Below are positions 50,508 through 59,538 of a stretch of 64,000 nt of DNA, piece by piece. Position 1 is the first letter of the stretch, and every line of letters begins with the position of its first letter. Under the pieces are notes generated by a model. That model had not been told where the DNA came from. It saw nothing but the letters and a program-made list of their open reading frames with translations, and made no database searches. The position numbers and the translations under genes are program-made. The DNA lies in contig CAZVZU010000004.1 of NCBI GenBank assembly GCA_964631685.1, forward strand, positions 81,403 through 145,402, written 5' to 3'. The DNA comes from an uncultured Actinomycetes bacterium (GTDB taxonomy: Bacteria; SZUA-79; Acidulodesulfobacterales; Acidulodesulfobacteraceae).

Positions 50508-53051
50508 TTAATATTTACGAATATCGCAGGAATCCGGCGTGCATTCGACCGGTTCTTTAAAGTTTACAAGTTTCTTCCATCCTATGCTAAGCTCGTGGTA
50601 TTCCTTCCAGTGTTTCTTCCATTTTCCGATAATAATATCCTTGTCTTGATGTTCAGGATCCCAAACCTCCGGAAATTTCTTCTGTAAGAATTCAGTAACT
50701 GCTTTGGCAGTGGATTCAGGATTAGGATCTCCTTTCCTATAAACCCTGCAAAGGATTGCCTTAAACTGTATTTGTCCATAAATCGGATCCTTTATTATAT
50801 CGTCTATGACCGTATTAATGGACTCATACGGATGGAACGGCTGATACCTATCGAAGCCAAAGTTTGCCCATATGCCGTCTTCAGGAACCATTTCCGTAAC
50901 CCATGCAGGACCCTCGACCCAGCCCCTATCATTTTCTACGATAACCATATCCCCGTCTTCAACGCCCATAATAGCAGCGGTTTCAGGGTTTATCTCTATA
51001 TTTCTGTCCGGTTCAAGCTCATCGTTCCAAGGCCACCAATGCCCGCCTTCGTGGAAGGACTGCGCAATACGGGTCGTATTTAATACTAATGGAAACTTTT
51101 TAGCCCTCTCGATATTTCCAAGTGGGGATTCCGAACCCTCAACCTGCGTAGGAACGCTATACCAGCCGATCTTTTCCAATGCCTCAGATGCAAGCTCTAT
51201 TTTGCCGGATGGCGTAGGAAATCTTTTATCTGTTTCAGGGTAACTCTCACCCTCTTTGTACATTATCCACTTTCCTCTCAAGACAGCTTCATCATCTTGG
51301 TATACAACGTCTTCTTTTGACAAAGCAGGCCACATGATGCCACCCTTAGGATTTTTTTCTGGATTCAAGAGATCATATGTAATACCCTTCGTGAGATATT
51401 CCTGCCCATTAAAAAAGTCGGTCATTTTAATCTCATCAACCCTTCCTTTGTCAGGACCGTCTTTGTAGTATCCCCAAGGATTAAACTCTACCTTATCGAA
51501 AGATCCTACTTGCCCCTTAAGCCTTTTTGATAGGCCGTCAAAAACATCAATGTCTGCCCTATGTTCATGCTGATAAGGAATAATCTTATTGTGCCACTGA
51601 ATAAGCCTATTGTTTCCGTGATGGCAAATGCTATCGGTTTCTACCGAAATTGCAATCGGAAATGCAACGTGACTAAACATGTAAGTATGATTCGGATATA
51701 TAGACAGATGGATATTGATAATATTTTTCTTCATTGCCTCTTCCATCTTCCAAGAATTTGGAAACTGAGGTAGATGATCTCCGTTCCACATAATGCCCTT
51801 AACAGGATACGGCTTCTCATACATCATAGCATTGATTACCGCTGGAACCGAACTATCTCCCCATGATATCAATTTGTCGGTTATTTGAGGTCTTTTAGTT
51901 CCCGGTAGAACCTTTAAGTCATCTCCGTAATTCAGTGGGGGACGGCAGTTATGGAGCCAATTCCAACCTCCACCCTTAACGCCGATGGAGCCAGTAAGTG
52001 CTAAAAGAGCGGCAATAGCCCTATTGACATTGTTTGAATTGTAAACCTGCGCAGTACCAAGATTACCAGTAACAGATGCGGGCCTTGCGGAACCGAACCT
52101 TCTTGCTGCCTCCACTATTGTCTCTTTCGGCACATATGTAAGCTTTTCTGCCCTCTCCGGTGTCCATTGAGCGCATTCCTTAGCGTAGTCTCCAAAGCCG
52201 GTAACCCACTTGTCAACAAATTCTTTATCATAAAGCTTCTCTTTGATAATAATATTTCCCATTGCCAAGAATAAAATAGCATCGGAACCCGAACGGATTC
52301 TCATTCCAATATCACACTTAGACAATGTTGCATTGAAGCGTGGGTCAACCCCTATTAAAAACGCACCGTTATCTCTGGCATCTAAAAGATGTGTCATAGT
52401 AATCGTTTCCTGCGCCGCCATGTTTGTTCCGACAACAAGAATGCATTTGGAATTCTTCCAATCCTGAGACGGATTCATAAGCCTGCCCAAGCCCTTTGCG
52501 CCAAAAACATAGTTCATGGCAACACCGGGACTCTCGCAACAGATAGGTCCCTGACCGTAAACATTAGGCGTTCCAAATATCTTCCCAAATCTTGCAGCCC
52601 CCTCTTTGTTTCCAAACGATGATCTTCCTGTCCTAAAAACAGTTAATGCCTCAGGCCCATATTCATTAGCTAATTTAATCAATCTCTCTGCAGTAAAATC
52701 AAGCGCTTCATCCCATGAAACTCTCTTGAAATCATCAGATAAAGACTTTCTCATCATAGGATGATGGACCCTAAGAGGATCATACCACCACTGAATCTGC
52801 CCCGTGCCTTTCGAACAGAGTCCGCCTCTATTCTGAGGATGCTCGGCATCGCCCATTACATCAACAATTTTGCCATCTTTTAAAAATATTTTGAGTCCGC
52901 AACCGCTCTCACACATATTCGTGCAAGTAGAATAACGAACGGTATCATAATCTTTGGTCGATTCCTGCGGACGATGGTCAGGCTTTATTCTCATTAGCCT
53001 GTTATCTTTCACTCGCAAAAATTTCTCTCCCTTTAATCCATCATGATCCAT
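50508..53051 (-). CDS. DMSO reductase family Mo/W-bis-PGD oxidoreductase catalytic subunit, no Tat leader
   Basis: CTNMCESGC...GGLCSKG, VSWDEALD, VDPR, FPTPSGKIE, IEINPETAA...GVEDGD. Confidence 0.92.
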   Translation of the reverse strand: MDHDGLKGEKFLRVKDNRLMRIKPDHRPQESTKDYDTVRYSTCTNMCESGCGLKIFLKDGKIVDVMGDAEHPQNRGGLCSKGTGQIQWWYDPLRVHHPMMRKSLSDDFKRVSWDEALDFTAERLIKLANEYGPEALTVFRTGRSSFGNKEGAARFGKIFGTPNVYGQGPICCESPGVAMNYVFGAKGLGRLMNPSQDWKNSKCILVVGTNMAAQETITMTHLLDARDNGAFLIGVDPRFNATLSKCDIGMRIRSGSDAILFLAMGNIIIKEKLYDKEFVDKWVTGFGDYAKECAQWTPERAEKLTYVPKETIVEAARRFGSARPASVTGNLGTAQVYNSNNVNRAIAALLALTGSIGVKGGGWNWLHNCRPPLNYGDDLKVLPGTKRPQITDKLISWGDSSVPAVINAMMYEKPYPVKGIMWNGDHLPQFPNSWKMEEAMKKNIINIHLSIYPNHTYMFSHVAFPIAISVETDSICHHGNNRLIQWHNKIIPYQHEHRADIDVFDGLSKRLKGQVGSFDKVEFNPWGYYKDGPDKGRVDEIKMTDFFNGQEYLTKGITYDLLNPEKNPKGGIMWPALSKEDVVYQDDEAVLRGKWIMYKEGESYPETDKRFPTPSGKIELASEALEKIGWYSVPTQVEGSESPLGNIERAKKFPLVLNTTRIAQSFHEGGHWWPWNDELEPDRNIEINPETAAIMGVEDGDMVIVENDRGWVEGPAWVTEMVPEDGIWANFGFDRYQPFHPYESINTVIDDIIKDPIYGQIQFKAILCRVYRKGDPNPESTAKAVTEFLQKKFPEVWDPEHQDKDIIIGKWKKHWKEYHELSIGWKKLVNFKEPVECTPDSCDIRKY

Positions 53052-53090
53052 TTTTTACCTCCACTTTTTAGGTTTTTCTATTTATAATTT

Positions 53091-53942
53091 TTATAAGCAA
53101 AACTTTGTCTCTTTACTGCTATCATAAATTATTAAATCGCCACAATCCGGTAAGCCTAACAGGAACCCTATATATTCTATAAGCCCGATTATAGGGGCAA
53201 AAACATCTATATCTGATATTTCGATGCCTGCCTCAATATTTTTTTCACACATAGAACATATTGCTAAAATGTAATCGGAACCTGTTTCATCAGCTTTTTT
53301 GTTGATAGACTTGAAAAACACATCGATAGCACTGGCATTTTCAACCCTTTTTGAATGAACAGGGGTTGCGCTCTGCAATATTTCTCCGCCGCAACATTCC
53401 CCGTATAGGTTAACATCGGCACCTAACGAATTCAGGATATTCTTTAAGATATTAATTTTTTGACCGTCCTTATAGCAACCGGTATAGAGCAATATCGAAT
53501 GACCGTTGATGTTCCTCGCGATATTATCCGTCAAATTTTTAGATATGTCAACGCTGGTAATGATATCAAGAAGATGATAAGCGCCCGTTAAATCGTTTGA
53601 GATTTTTTTCAGACTTGCGTTAAAAGGTTTAAGGCTGTAATCTGCCTGTCTTTTGAACATGGGATTTGAATTTACTATCTTAAGTGCGTCATTTATCTGG
53701 CCAACACAAACCTGGCATCCCGAATATAAAAAATCCTCACCTTTTTGCTGGGCAATGCCTAAATTTCTGAGGGGCATTACCACATTATTGAAGAAACTAG
53801 GCTTATAGCAAGCCGGAGGCGCTCCGCAACAATTCCACTCAGGAACTAACTCAACCTCAATGCCTAATGATTTAAATACTATTTCTGAATTTTTATTGCG
53901 AGACTCTATGCATCCCGGAAAATATGTAATTTTTTTACCCAT
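53091..53942 (-). CDS. HdrB-like CCG-domain protein
   Basis: YFPGC, WNCCG, GCQVC, YTGC, ECCGG, ICSMC. Confidence 0.82.
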   Translation of the reverse strand: MGKKITYFPGCIESRNKNSEIVFKSLGIEVELVPEWNCCGAPPACYKPSFFNNVVMPLRNLGIAQQKGEDFLYSGCQVCVGQINDALKIVNSNPMFKRQADYSLKPFNASLKKISNDLTGAYHLLDIITSVDISKNLTDNIARNINGHSILLYTGCYKDGQKINILKNILNSLGADVNLYGECCGGEILQSATPVHSKRVENASAIDVFFKSINKKADETGSDYILAICSMCEKNIEAGIEISDIDVFAPIIGLIEYIGFLLGLPDCGDLIIYDSSKETKFCL

Positions 53943-54172
53943 TTATATTTTTTGACAGTGCAAAACCGGTAATAAATCTCTGTTCTATTTTTTACACATC
54001 CATTTTCTTAAGACAAAACCGGACATAAAATTATGTTTGACAATTTTTTTTAAAATACAACAATAAACCTAACGGGAGTTCATTTTAATATAAAACGCAA
54101 TTTTAAGTCAAGCATTTTTTTATTTTTAGAAAATTTCCGTTTGAAATAAGATGACATCAACTAAAAAACATA

Positions 54173-55468
54173 TCAATCAGGGTCGTCGTTATAATGCTTT
54201 TTAGAAAAGATATCAAAAACTATCGCCTGAATCGTTAATGAAAATAAAACCACAATAAAAACATATGTGATTATTTCATACCGCATATCCAAATTTAAAG
54301 GCAAAGATAGTGCCATAGCTATCGGCAGTGCCCCTCTGAGTCCGCCAAAAACAAGAAACTGTTTGTATTTTTTCTTTAGGATTATGCTTTTCGAAAACAA
54401 TCTAAACTTATTGCTAATCTTGTTAACAACCGGGGCAAGCGAATATATGACGGTAAAACGAGATAATGTTACTATAATTATTATAAACAAAGATGTAGTC
54501 CATAAATTAAATATTCTGAATAAATTTATCTCTATGCCTATTATTAAAAACAAAATAGAATTTATTATAAAAGCAAAATACTCAATAACAATTGGAAAAA
54601 TTTCCAATGTCTGGTTCGTAACCTTTTTTTTGAATCCGTAATTTGCAAGTACTATGCCGCTAAATATAATCGCCATAATAAAGGATACATTGAGATAATA
54701 TGCGATTATTAAGGATGCATAAGCCAAGAGCAAAGATATCATTATCTCGGTCAAATAATCGGTAGCAAGGGTCAATATAAAAGAGATTAAATAGCCAAGC
54801 AAAATTCCTAATATGGAACCGCCTATAGATTCATATAAAAATTTGAATGAGGATGACCCTATCACGCTTAGAACATTCCCGAATGCATTTATTATATTTC
54901 CCTTCAGAAAGATTAATCCTGAATCGTGCAAATTTAAACCTAGAAAAACTTCAAACAAAACAAGGCTTATGCCATCGTTAAATAGGCTTTCGCCCGACAA
55001 TATAGTCGTTATGCCGTCTTCATTGTCACCCGTATCGCTATTTTTTGTCATCTTATTTTTCAGCAAGGCCAGTACGGATATAGGGTCGGTAGGGGTTATA
55101 ATGGCTCCGAAAATTAAAGATTGTTTTAATGGAAATCTTAAAACAAAATGGAAGACGGCGCCTATAAAAATAGTTGAAATAATCGTTCCAAATATCGAAA
55201 GCACGCTTATGGGAAGGATATTGGCTATCAAGGGTTTAACCTTAATATTAACCGCTCCCTCAAATATAATAATCGGAAGAAAAATATAATAAATCAGGGA
55301 AGGTGTAATCTTTAAATTAGGGAAAATATGAAACACGCCGACAACAAACCCGATTATAACGAGCATAGATGTGTAGGGAATTTTAAGATATCTAGTTAAG
55401 ATACCCCCTATGGAAGCAATGGAAAGCAATGTAATGGCAGTGATAATTATGTAGTGATTCTCGTACAT
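54173..55468 (-). CDS. Na+/H+ antiporter (CPA1 family)
   Basis: FLPIIIFE, TPTDPISV, GESLFNDG, GGLRGA; many TM segments. Confidence 0.92.
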   Translation of the reverse strand: MYENHYIIITAITLLSIASIGGILTRYLKIPYTSMLVIIGFVVGVFHIFPNLKITPSLIYYIFLPIIIFEGAVNIKVKPLIANILPISVLSIFGTIISTIFIGAVFHFVLRFPLKQSLIFGAIITPTDPISVLALLKNKMTKNSDTGDNEDGITTILSGESLFNDGISLVLFEVFLGLNLHDSGLIFLKGNIINAFGNVLSVIGSSSFKFLYESIGGSILGILLGYLISFILTLATDYLTEIMISLLLAYASLIIAYYLNVSFIMAIIFSGIVLANYGFKKKVTNQTLEIFPIVIEYFAFIINSILFLIIGIEINLFRIFNLWTTSLFIIIIVTLSRFTVIYSLAPVVNKISNKFRLFSKSIILKKKYKQFLVFGGLRGALPIAMALSLPLNLDMRYEIITYVFIVVLFSLTIQAIVFDIFSKKHYNDDPD

Positions 55469-55723
55469 CTACTTATTTATTCCAAAAAACATATTATTTA
55501 ATATATTCAGCATGGCATTTGGTTGGATTTTTCACACACTCTTAATTCTCTAATTCTAACCTATTTTGCAAAAAATATAAAGCGTCTTTCGTAATGTTGC
55601 GCTAGGGAGTTTGACTCATGAGGAGCAAAATATAGAGGGGCTAACTTTATTGCAGAAAATTTTAAACATTACCAAAACCCTACTGTATTACAATATGCTA
55701 CTTACGCATATTAGATTGTTAAA

Positions 55724-55818
55724 TGGCGGAGAGAGAGGGATTCGAACCCTCGGTACATCTTTTAGGACATACATTCGCTTAGCAGGCGAACGCCTTCGAC
55801 CAGCTCGGCCATCTCTCC
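55724..55818 (-). tRNA. tRNA-Ser(GCT)
   Basis: GGAGAGATGGCCGAG...TTCGC-CT-GCT-AA-GCGAA, long variable arm, GGTTCGAATCCC, GCCA. Confidence 0.96.
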
Positions 55819-55931
55819 GTTAATAATTAACGACACGGAATTTACTAAATGCGCACGTGCACATTATAACATCAAAAAGATTGTTTTTCAAGTACTGCCC
55901 AGGTACTGCCATAGATTTTTGGGTTTATCTA

Positions 55932-57161
55932 CTACAAAAATACGGTGTCTTCCTTAAATCCCGTTTTTATAAAAAGGAGGATATAATCCCTTAAATGGCG
56001 GGTAATCAAAAAATTATGTTTAACATGTTCATGCCCATTTTTACCGAGCTGTTCCGCATATTCAGGATTTTGGAGCAACTGCTTAACATATAAAGCCGTC
56101 CCTTCGATTGTCCTCGATAAAAGACCGGAGTGTCTGTTTGTGATTTGAAGAGGTATTCCGCCCACCGCAGACGCCACAACCGGTTTTGATTTCCATAAGC
56201 CTTCCGACACCGTTAGTCCAAAACCCTCTTTTATAGATTTTTGCAGTATGACAGTCGATGCCCTCTGTAGCGCATTAATCTCAATATCACTGGCAGTAGG
56301 AAGATTTAAAACATGAATATCCTTATCATTTCCTGCCTTCTCAATGACCTCGTTGTAAACCTCCATACCCTCCGGATCATCCGTCGCACCCCCACCGGCT
56401 AAAATAAGCTGACAATCCACATATTTCTTCACAAGCCTATACACATCTATTACTCCAAGCGGATCCTTGAGCCTGTCGAACCTTGACACCTGAGTTAATA
56501 TCTTTTTTTCGGGATCTATATTAAATCTTTCCAAAACATCATCTATCGTTTTTTGCGGTATTTCTTTGTTTTTATCCGACAATGGGTCTATTGACGGTGA
56601 AATTAATATTTGAGGTACGGTAAGTTGCTTGGCGAAAAGGGGTGATGAAAAGACAGAGCAATCATAATTTTCTATAAATTTTTTCAAAAAATCAAATGTC
56701 TTAGTTTGAGCTGAACTTAAGTCTATGTGGCATCTCCAAATAAACTTTTTATCTTTATAATCGCTCCTCTTTTTTATCTCGATCAATCCTATCGGCTGGG
56801 GATCATGTATAAAGATAATGTCTCCGTTTAAATTCATCCCCTTTAAATTTTCATCAGTAACATCCATAAAATGTTTAAAATCACTCTCTGTTATATCCTC
56901 ATCTATGCCATGCAGTGAATTGTGTATTTTTTTAGTTACCTCAAAAAATTTCTCCCCGCCTTTTATAAAATCCCATCTGGCATCAACGCCTAATTCATTT
57001 AAAAGGGGGATCATCCTGCTAAGAATTTCGGCTACACCGCCACCGACCGGGGTTGAATTAATATTTTGAATTATTTTACCGTGTAAATACGAAGCTAATT
57101 TCTGGATTTCCTCAATTGTTTCTACTCCGACAATATCGGCATAATCATTTATTGAATTCAT
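55932..57161 (-). CDS. treT: trehalose glycosyltransferring synthase (GT4)
   Basis: NSTPVGGGVAEIL, IHDPQP, WRCHID, QVSRFDRLKD, EGFGLTVSE. Confidence 0.88.
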   Translation of the reverse strand: MNSINDYADIVGVETIEEIQKLASYLHGKIIQNINSTPVGGGVAEILSRMIPLLNELGVDARWDFIKGGEKFFEVTKKIHNSLHGIDEDITESDFKHFMDVTDENLKGMNLNGDIIFIHDPQPIGLIEIKKRSDYKDKKFIWRCHIDLSSAQTKTFDFLKKFIENYDCSVFSSPLFAKQLTVPQILISPSIDPLSDKNKEIPQKTIDDVLERFNIDPEKKILTQVSRFDRLKDPLGVIDVYRLVKKYVDCQLILAGGGATDDPEGMEVYNEVIEKAGNDKDIHVLNLPTASDIEINALQRASTVILQKSIKEGFGLTVSEGLWKSKPVVASAVGGIPLQITNRHSGLLSRTIEGTALYVKQLLQNPEYAEQLGKNGHEHVKHNFLITRHLRDYILLFIKTGFKEDTVFL

Positions 57162-57204
57162 TATTATTTTAACATTTTAAAAGTTTTATAGCTTACGCCC
57201 TTGT

Positions 57205-57945
57205 TTATAGATAATTTTCCGTTAACTTTATAATGGACTCCTTGAGCCCATCCATAGTGAGGGTATAAGGATCTAGGTTTGCAATTTTATCAGCTAAATC
57301 GGGGATGTTCATCTCATCTTTAATCCATGTAGAAAAATCATTCAATTTGGAATTCAATCTAAAGTGTGCCTCAAAAAAATGATAATAAATAGAAAAAATC
57401 GTGATACTATTCAAAATTTCATGGAACTCAGATAATGTATATGCCTCTTTACCTGTATTCATCACAAATGTTATTGCCTTCATAAAATTAAATCTTTCAT
57501 CCATATCAACATATCTGGTCTTTCCATTTTTGGATATAAATGTGCTTATCCTATTTATAATTCGATCCTTGTATTCGCCGATTGTGTTGTAGTCGAAAAT
57601 GTCTATGCTCGCTATTTCCTCCCCCAGCAAATTTTCACCGAGCCTATTGGTAATCCAGTGGGCAAAATCATTAGGCGAGGAAGGTATGATATAGTGGTGC
57701 TGAATAAGGTAATGGTGAGTGTGGTAGTAAATGATGGTGTCATCAGCATTTTTTATGCCATCCAAAAGATTCTCCAAATTAACGGCATATATTCCAGTAA
57801 GCTGAGGCAATGTCAATCTCGTACAAAACTTAAACGGGTAATGTGCTCTCATTTTAGCCGGCTCCGCATGACTTGGACTGGGTAAAGACGAAGTGGCAGG
57901 CATCAATTCAGGCTTTAAAGCCTCGTTATCATTGCCATGATACAT
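57205..57945 (-). CDS. DUF5752-like protein (treT partner)
   Basis: Duplicated IYYH...NDFxxW pattern; directly upstream of treT. Confidence 0.75.
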   Translation of the reverse strand: MYHGNDNEALKPELMPATSSLPSPSHAEPAKMRAHYPFKFCTRLTLPQLTGIYAVNLENLLDGIKNADDTIIYYHTHHYLIQHHYIIPSSPNDFAHWITNRLGENLLGEEIASIDIFDYNTIGEYKDRIINRISTFISKNGKTRYVDMDERFNFMKAITFVMNTGKEAYTLSEFHEILNSITIFSIYYHFFEAHFRLNSKLNDFSTWIKDEMNIPDLADKIANLDPYTLTMDGLKESIIKLTENYL

Positions 57946-58112
57946 TTTTTATGTTTATTCCTCTCTATTTTTAAGGTATAATTAGAGCAAAATTAAGAAT
58001 ACAAAACAAGAATTAATAATAATACTTGAATGTCCCTATTGTCAATAAATATTTGTTAAAATATTTATCACAGGTAAAAAATTAATCAGCGTTAATAAGG
58101 AAGATTTCTTGT

Positions 58113-59006
58113 ATGGAGACACTTGAAAGGATTAAATTAATATACTCTTTCACAAATGACGACGTATCAAATTTGAATTACCTGCGCGAAATAATGATGT
58201 CAAGTGCCGACGATCTCATTGCTCAAGTTTATTCGTTTATTGCTAATTTTGACGATTTCAGTAAATTTTTACCTAATGAAGAAGTAAGGGATAGGCACCA
58301 AGCAAAACTTAAAATATGGTTCATGGGCCTTTTTTCCGGCACATACAATAATGAATATTTGAGAAAACTTAAAAGGATCGGAGAGGTGCATGCAGACATA
58401 AAATTACCCTCCCATTATGTCAGCGCAACATTAAATTATATAAGAAACTATATACATGATATCATCATTAATAATATTGAAAATTTGCAAAAAAAGGACA
58501 AATTTATTGTATCTGCAAATAAAATTCTTGATATAAATTTAGATATCATCATTAGTTCTTACATTGATGAGGGTAATTTTTATATAGCTACAACAAAATT
58601 TGAAACCAAAATTATCAAGTTTAGCTCCAAATTCTCCTACCTGCTAGATTTATCTCTGATAATATCGCTTATAATCGCCACGGTCATGGTTATTGTATTA
58701 TTTGCATCCGAAATTTATGACCTTGCGATTGGTAGTGGAAAATTTGAGGCCACGGTCATTGATATTTTGGGCGCAATGCTAATTATTTGGGCAATAAGGG
58801 AACTTTTAGAGGAAGAGGTGAGAAAACTTAGGGGGCATAAGTTCGCATTGAGTGCCTTTATTGGGCTCGCAATGGCCGCCTTGTTGCGAAAGATTTTAAT
58901 TTTTACTTTGTCGCCCAGTAAATCCACGGAAGTTGCCGTTCTGGGATTTCTCGTTTTGGTTCTCGGTATAGTTTATTGGCTTATGAATAAAAATCCACAA
59001 TCATAA
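58113..59006 (+). CDS. protoglobin (sensor globin) domain fused to a PsiE-like membrane domain
   Basis: FTNDD, WFMGLFSG, LKRIGEVH, KILDINLD, then four TM helices with ALLRKIL. Confidence 0.8.
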   Translation: METLERIKLIYSFTNDDVSNLNYLREIMMSSADDLIAQVYSFIANFDDFSKFLPNEEVRDRHQAKLKIWFMGLFSGTYNNEYLRKLKRIGEVHADIKLPSHYVSATLNYIRNYIHDIIINNIENLQKKDKFIVSANKILDINLDIIISSYIDEGNFYIATTKFETKIIKFSSKFSYLLDLSLIISLIIATVMVIVLFASEIYDLAIGSGKFEATVIDILGAMLIIWAIRELLEEEVRKLRGHKFALSAFIGLAMAALLRKILIFTLSPSKSTEVAVLGFLVLVLGIVYWLMNKNPQS

Positions 59007-59214
59007 ACAGGCGGTCCGTACTTTTAGTGGCGCCTCACGGAGGATATATTGCTAATTTAGTTCATATTTGTTAGTATGAAGTACGGTATATTTTTAAAAG
59101 GTTAAAATATCGGCTTTGACGAGAGGTTATACTCATTACAATAGCAGGTCAATCTTTCTGGCAGCCGGGTTCTTTTTACATATAAATATACCGATAAGGA
59201 TTTAGTACATTTTT

Positions 59215-59290
59215 CGGGATGTGGCGCAGTTGGTAGCGCACCTGCTTTGGGAGCAGGGGGTCGCAGGTTCAAATCCTGTCATCCCGACCA
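59215..59290 (+). tRNA. tRNA-Pro(TGG)
   Basis: CGGGATGTGGCGCAG...CCTGC-TT-TGG-GA-GCAGG...GGTTCAAATCC...ACCA. Confidence 0.96.
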
Positions 59291-59538
59291 TTTGAAAACC
59301 GCAATATATGAGCTATTTTCACTCATTGACAATAGATTCTGCCTTACCTGTAAAGTTTACATGAATTCATTTATATTCTTTATTGGCTTGGACGCGCGCA
59401 GAGCTAATTTAAGCTTTTTGAATTATGCTTTTAAATTCAATTGCATTTGGTGGTCTTTATTGAAAGTTAAGACGGTAATTATAACGCGCATGATCATCAT
59501 TAGTTAACATCAAAAAAATATAAAAGGAGGGCTTGTTG

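Noticed and set aside
50508..53051. Calling the Mo/W enzyme formate dehydrogenase or nitrate reductase
   Set aside because: It lacks the Fdh C/U-H ligand motif and the Nap/Nas or NarG signatures.
11273..53942. Selenocysteine read-through in HdrA, FlxD or the Mo/W enzyme
   Set aside because: The ORFs are full length with Cys at the relevant positions; no in-frame TGA is needed.
43150..55818. Mo/W operon as an island integrated at tRNA-Ser
   Set aside because: No integrase, no duplicated tRNA 3' end and no obvious compositional break seen.
55611..55823. 70-aa ORF; likewise 59247-59507
   Set aside because: They overlap tRNA-Ser and tRNA-Pro respectively.
1565..57885. Many 60-190 aa ORFs antisense to or overlapping assigned genes (e.g. 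29228-29809, 54813-55289, 5502-5765)
   Set aside because: They overlap well-supported genes and show no motifs or SD sites.
59140..59170. SRP (4.5S) RNA suggested by CAGGTC...GCAGCC
   Set aside because: The intervening CC-GGAA-GGAA tetraloop helix is missing.
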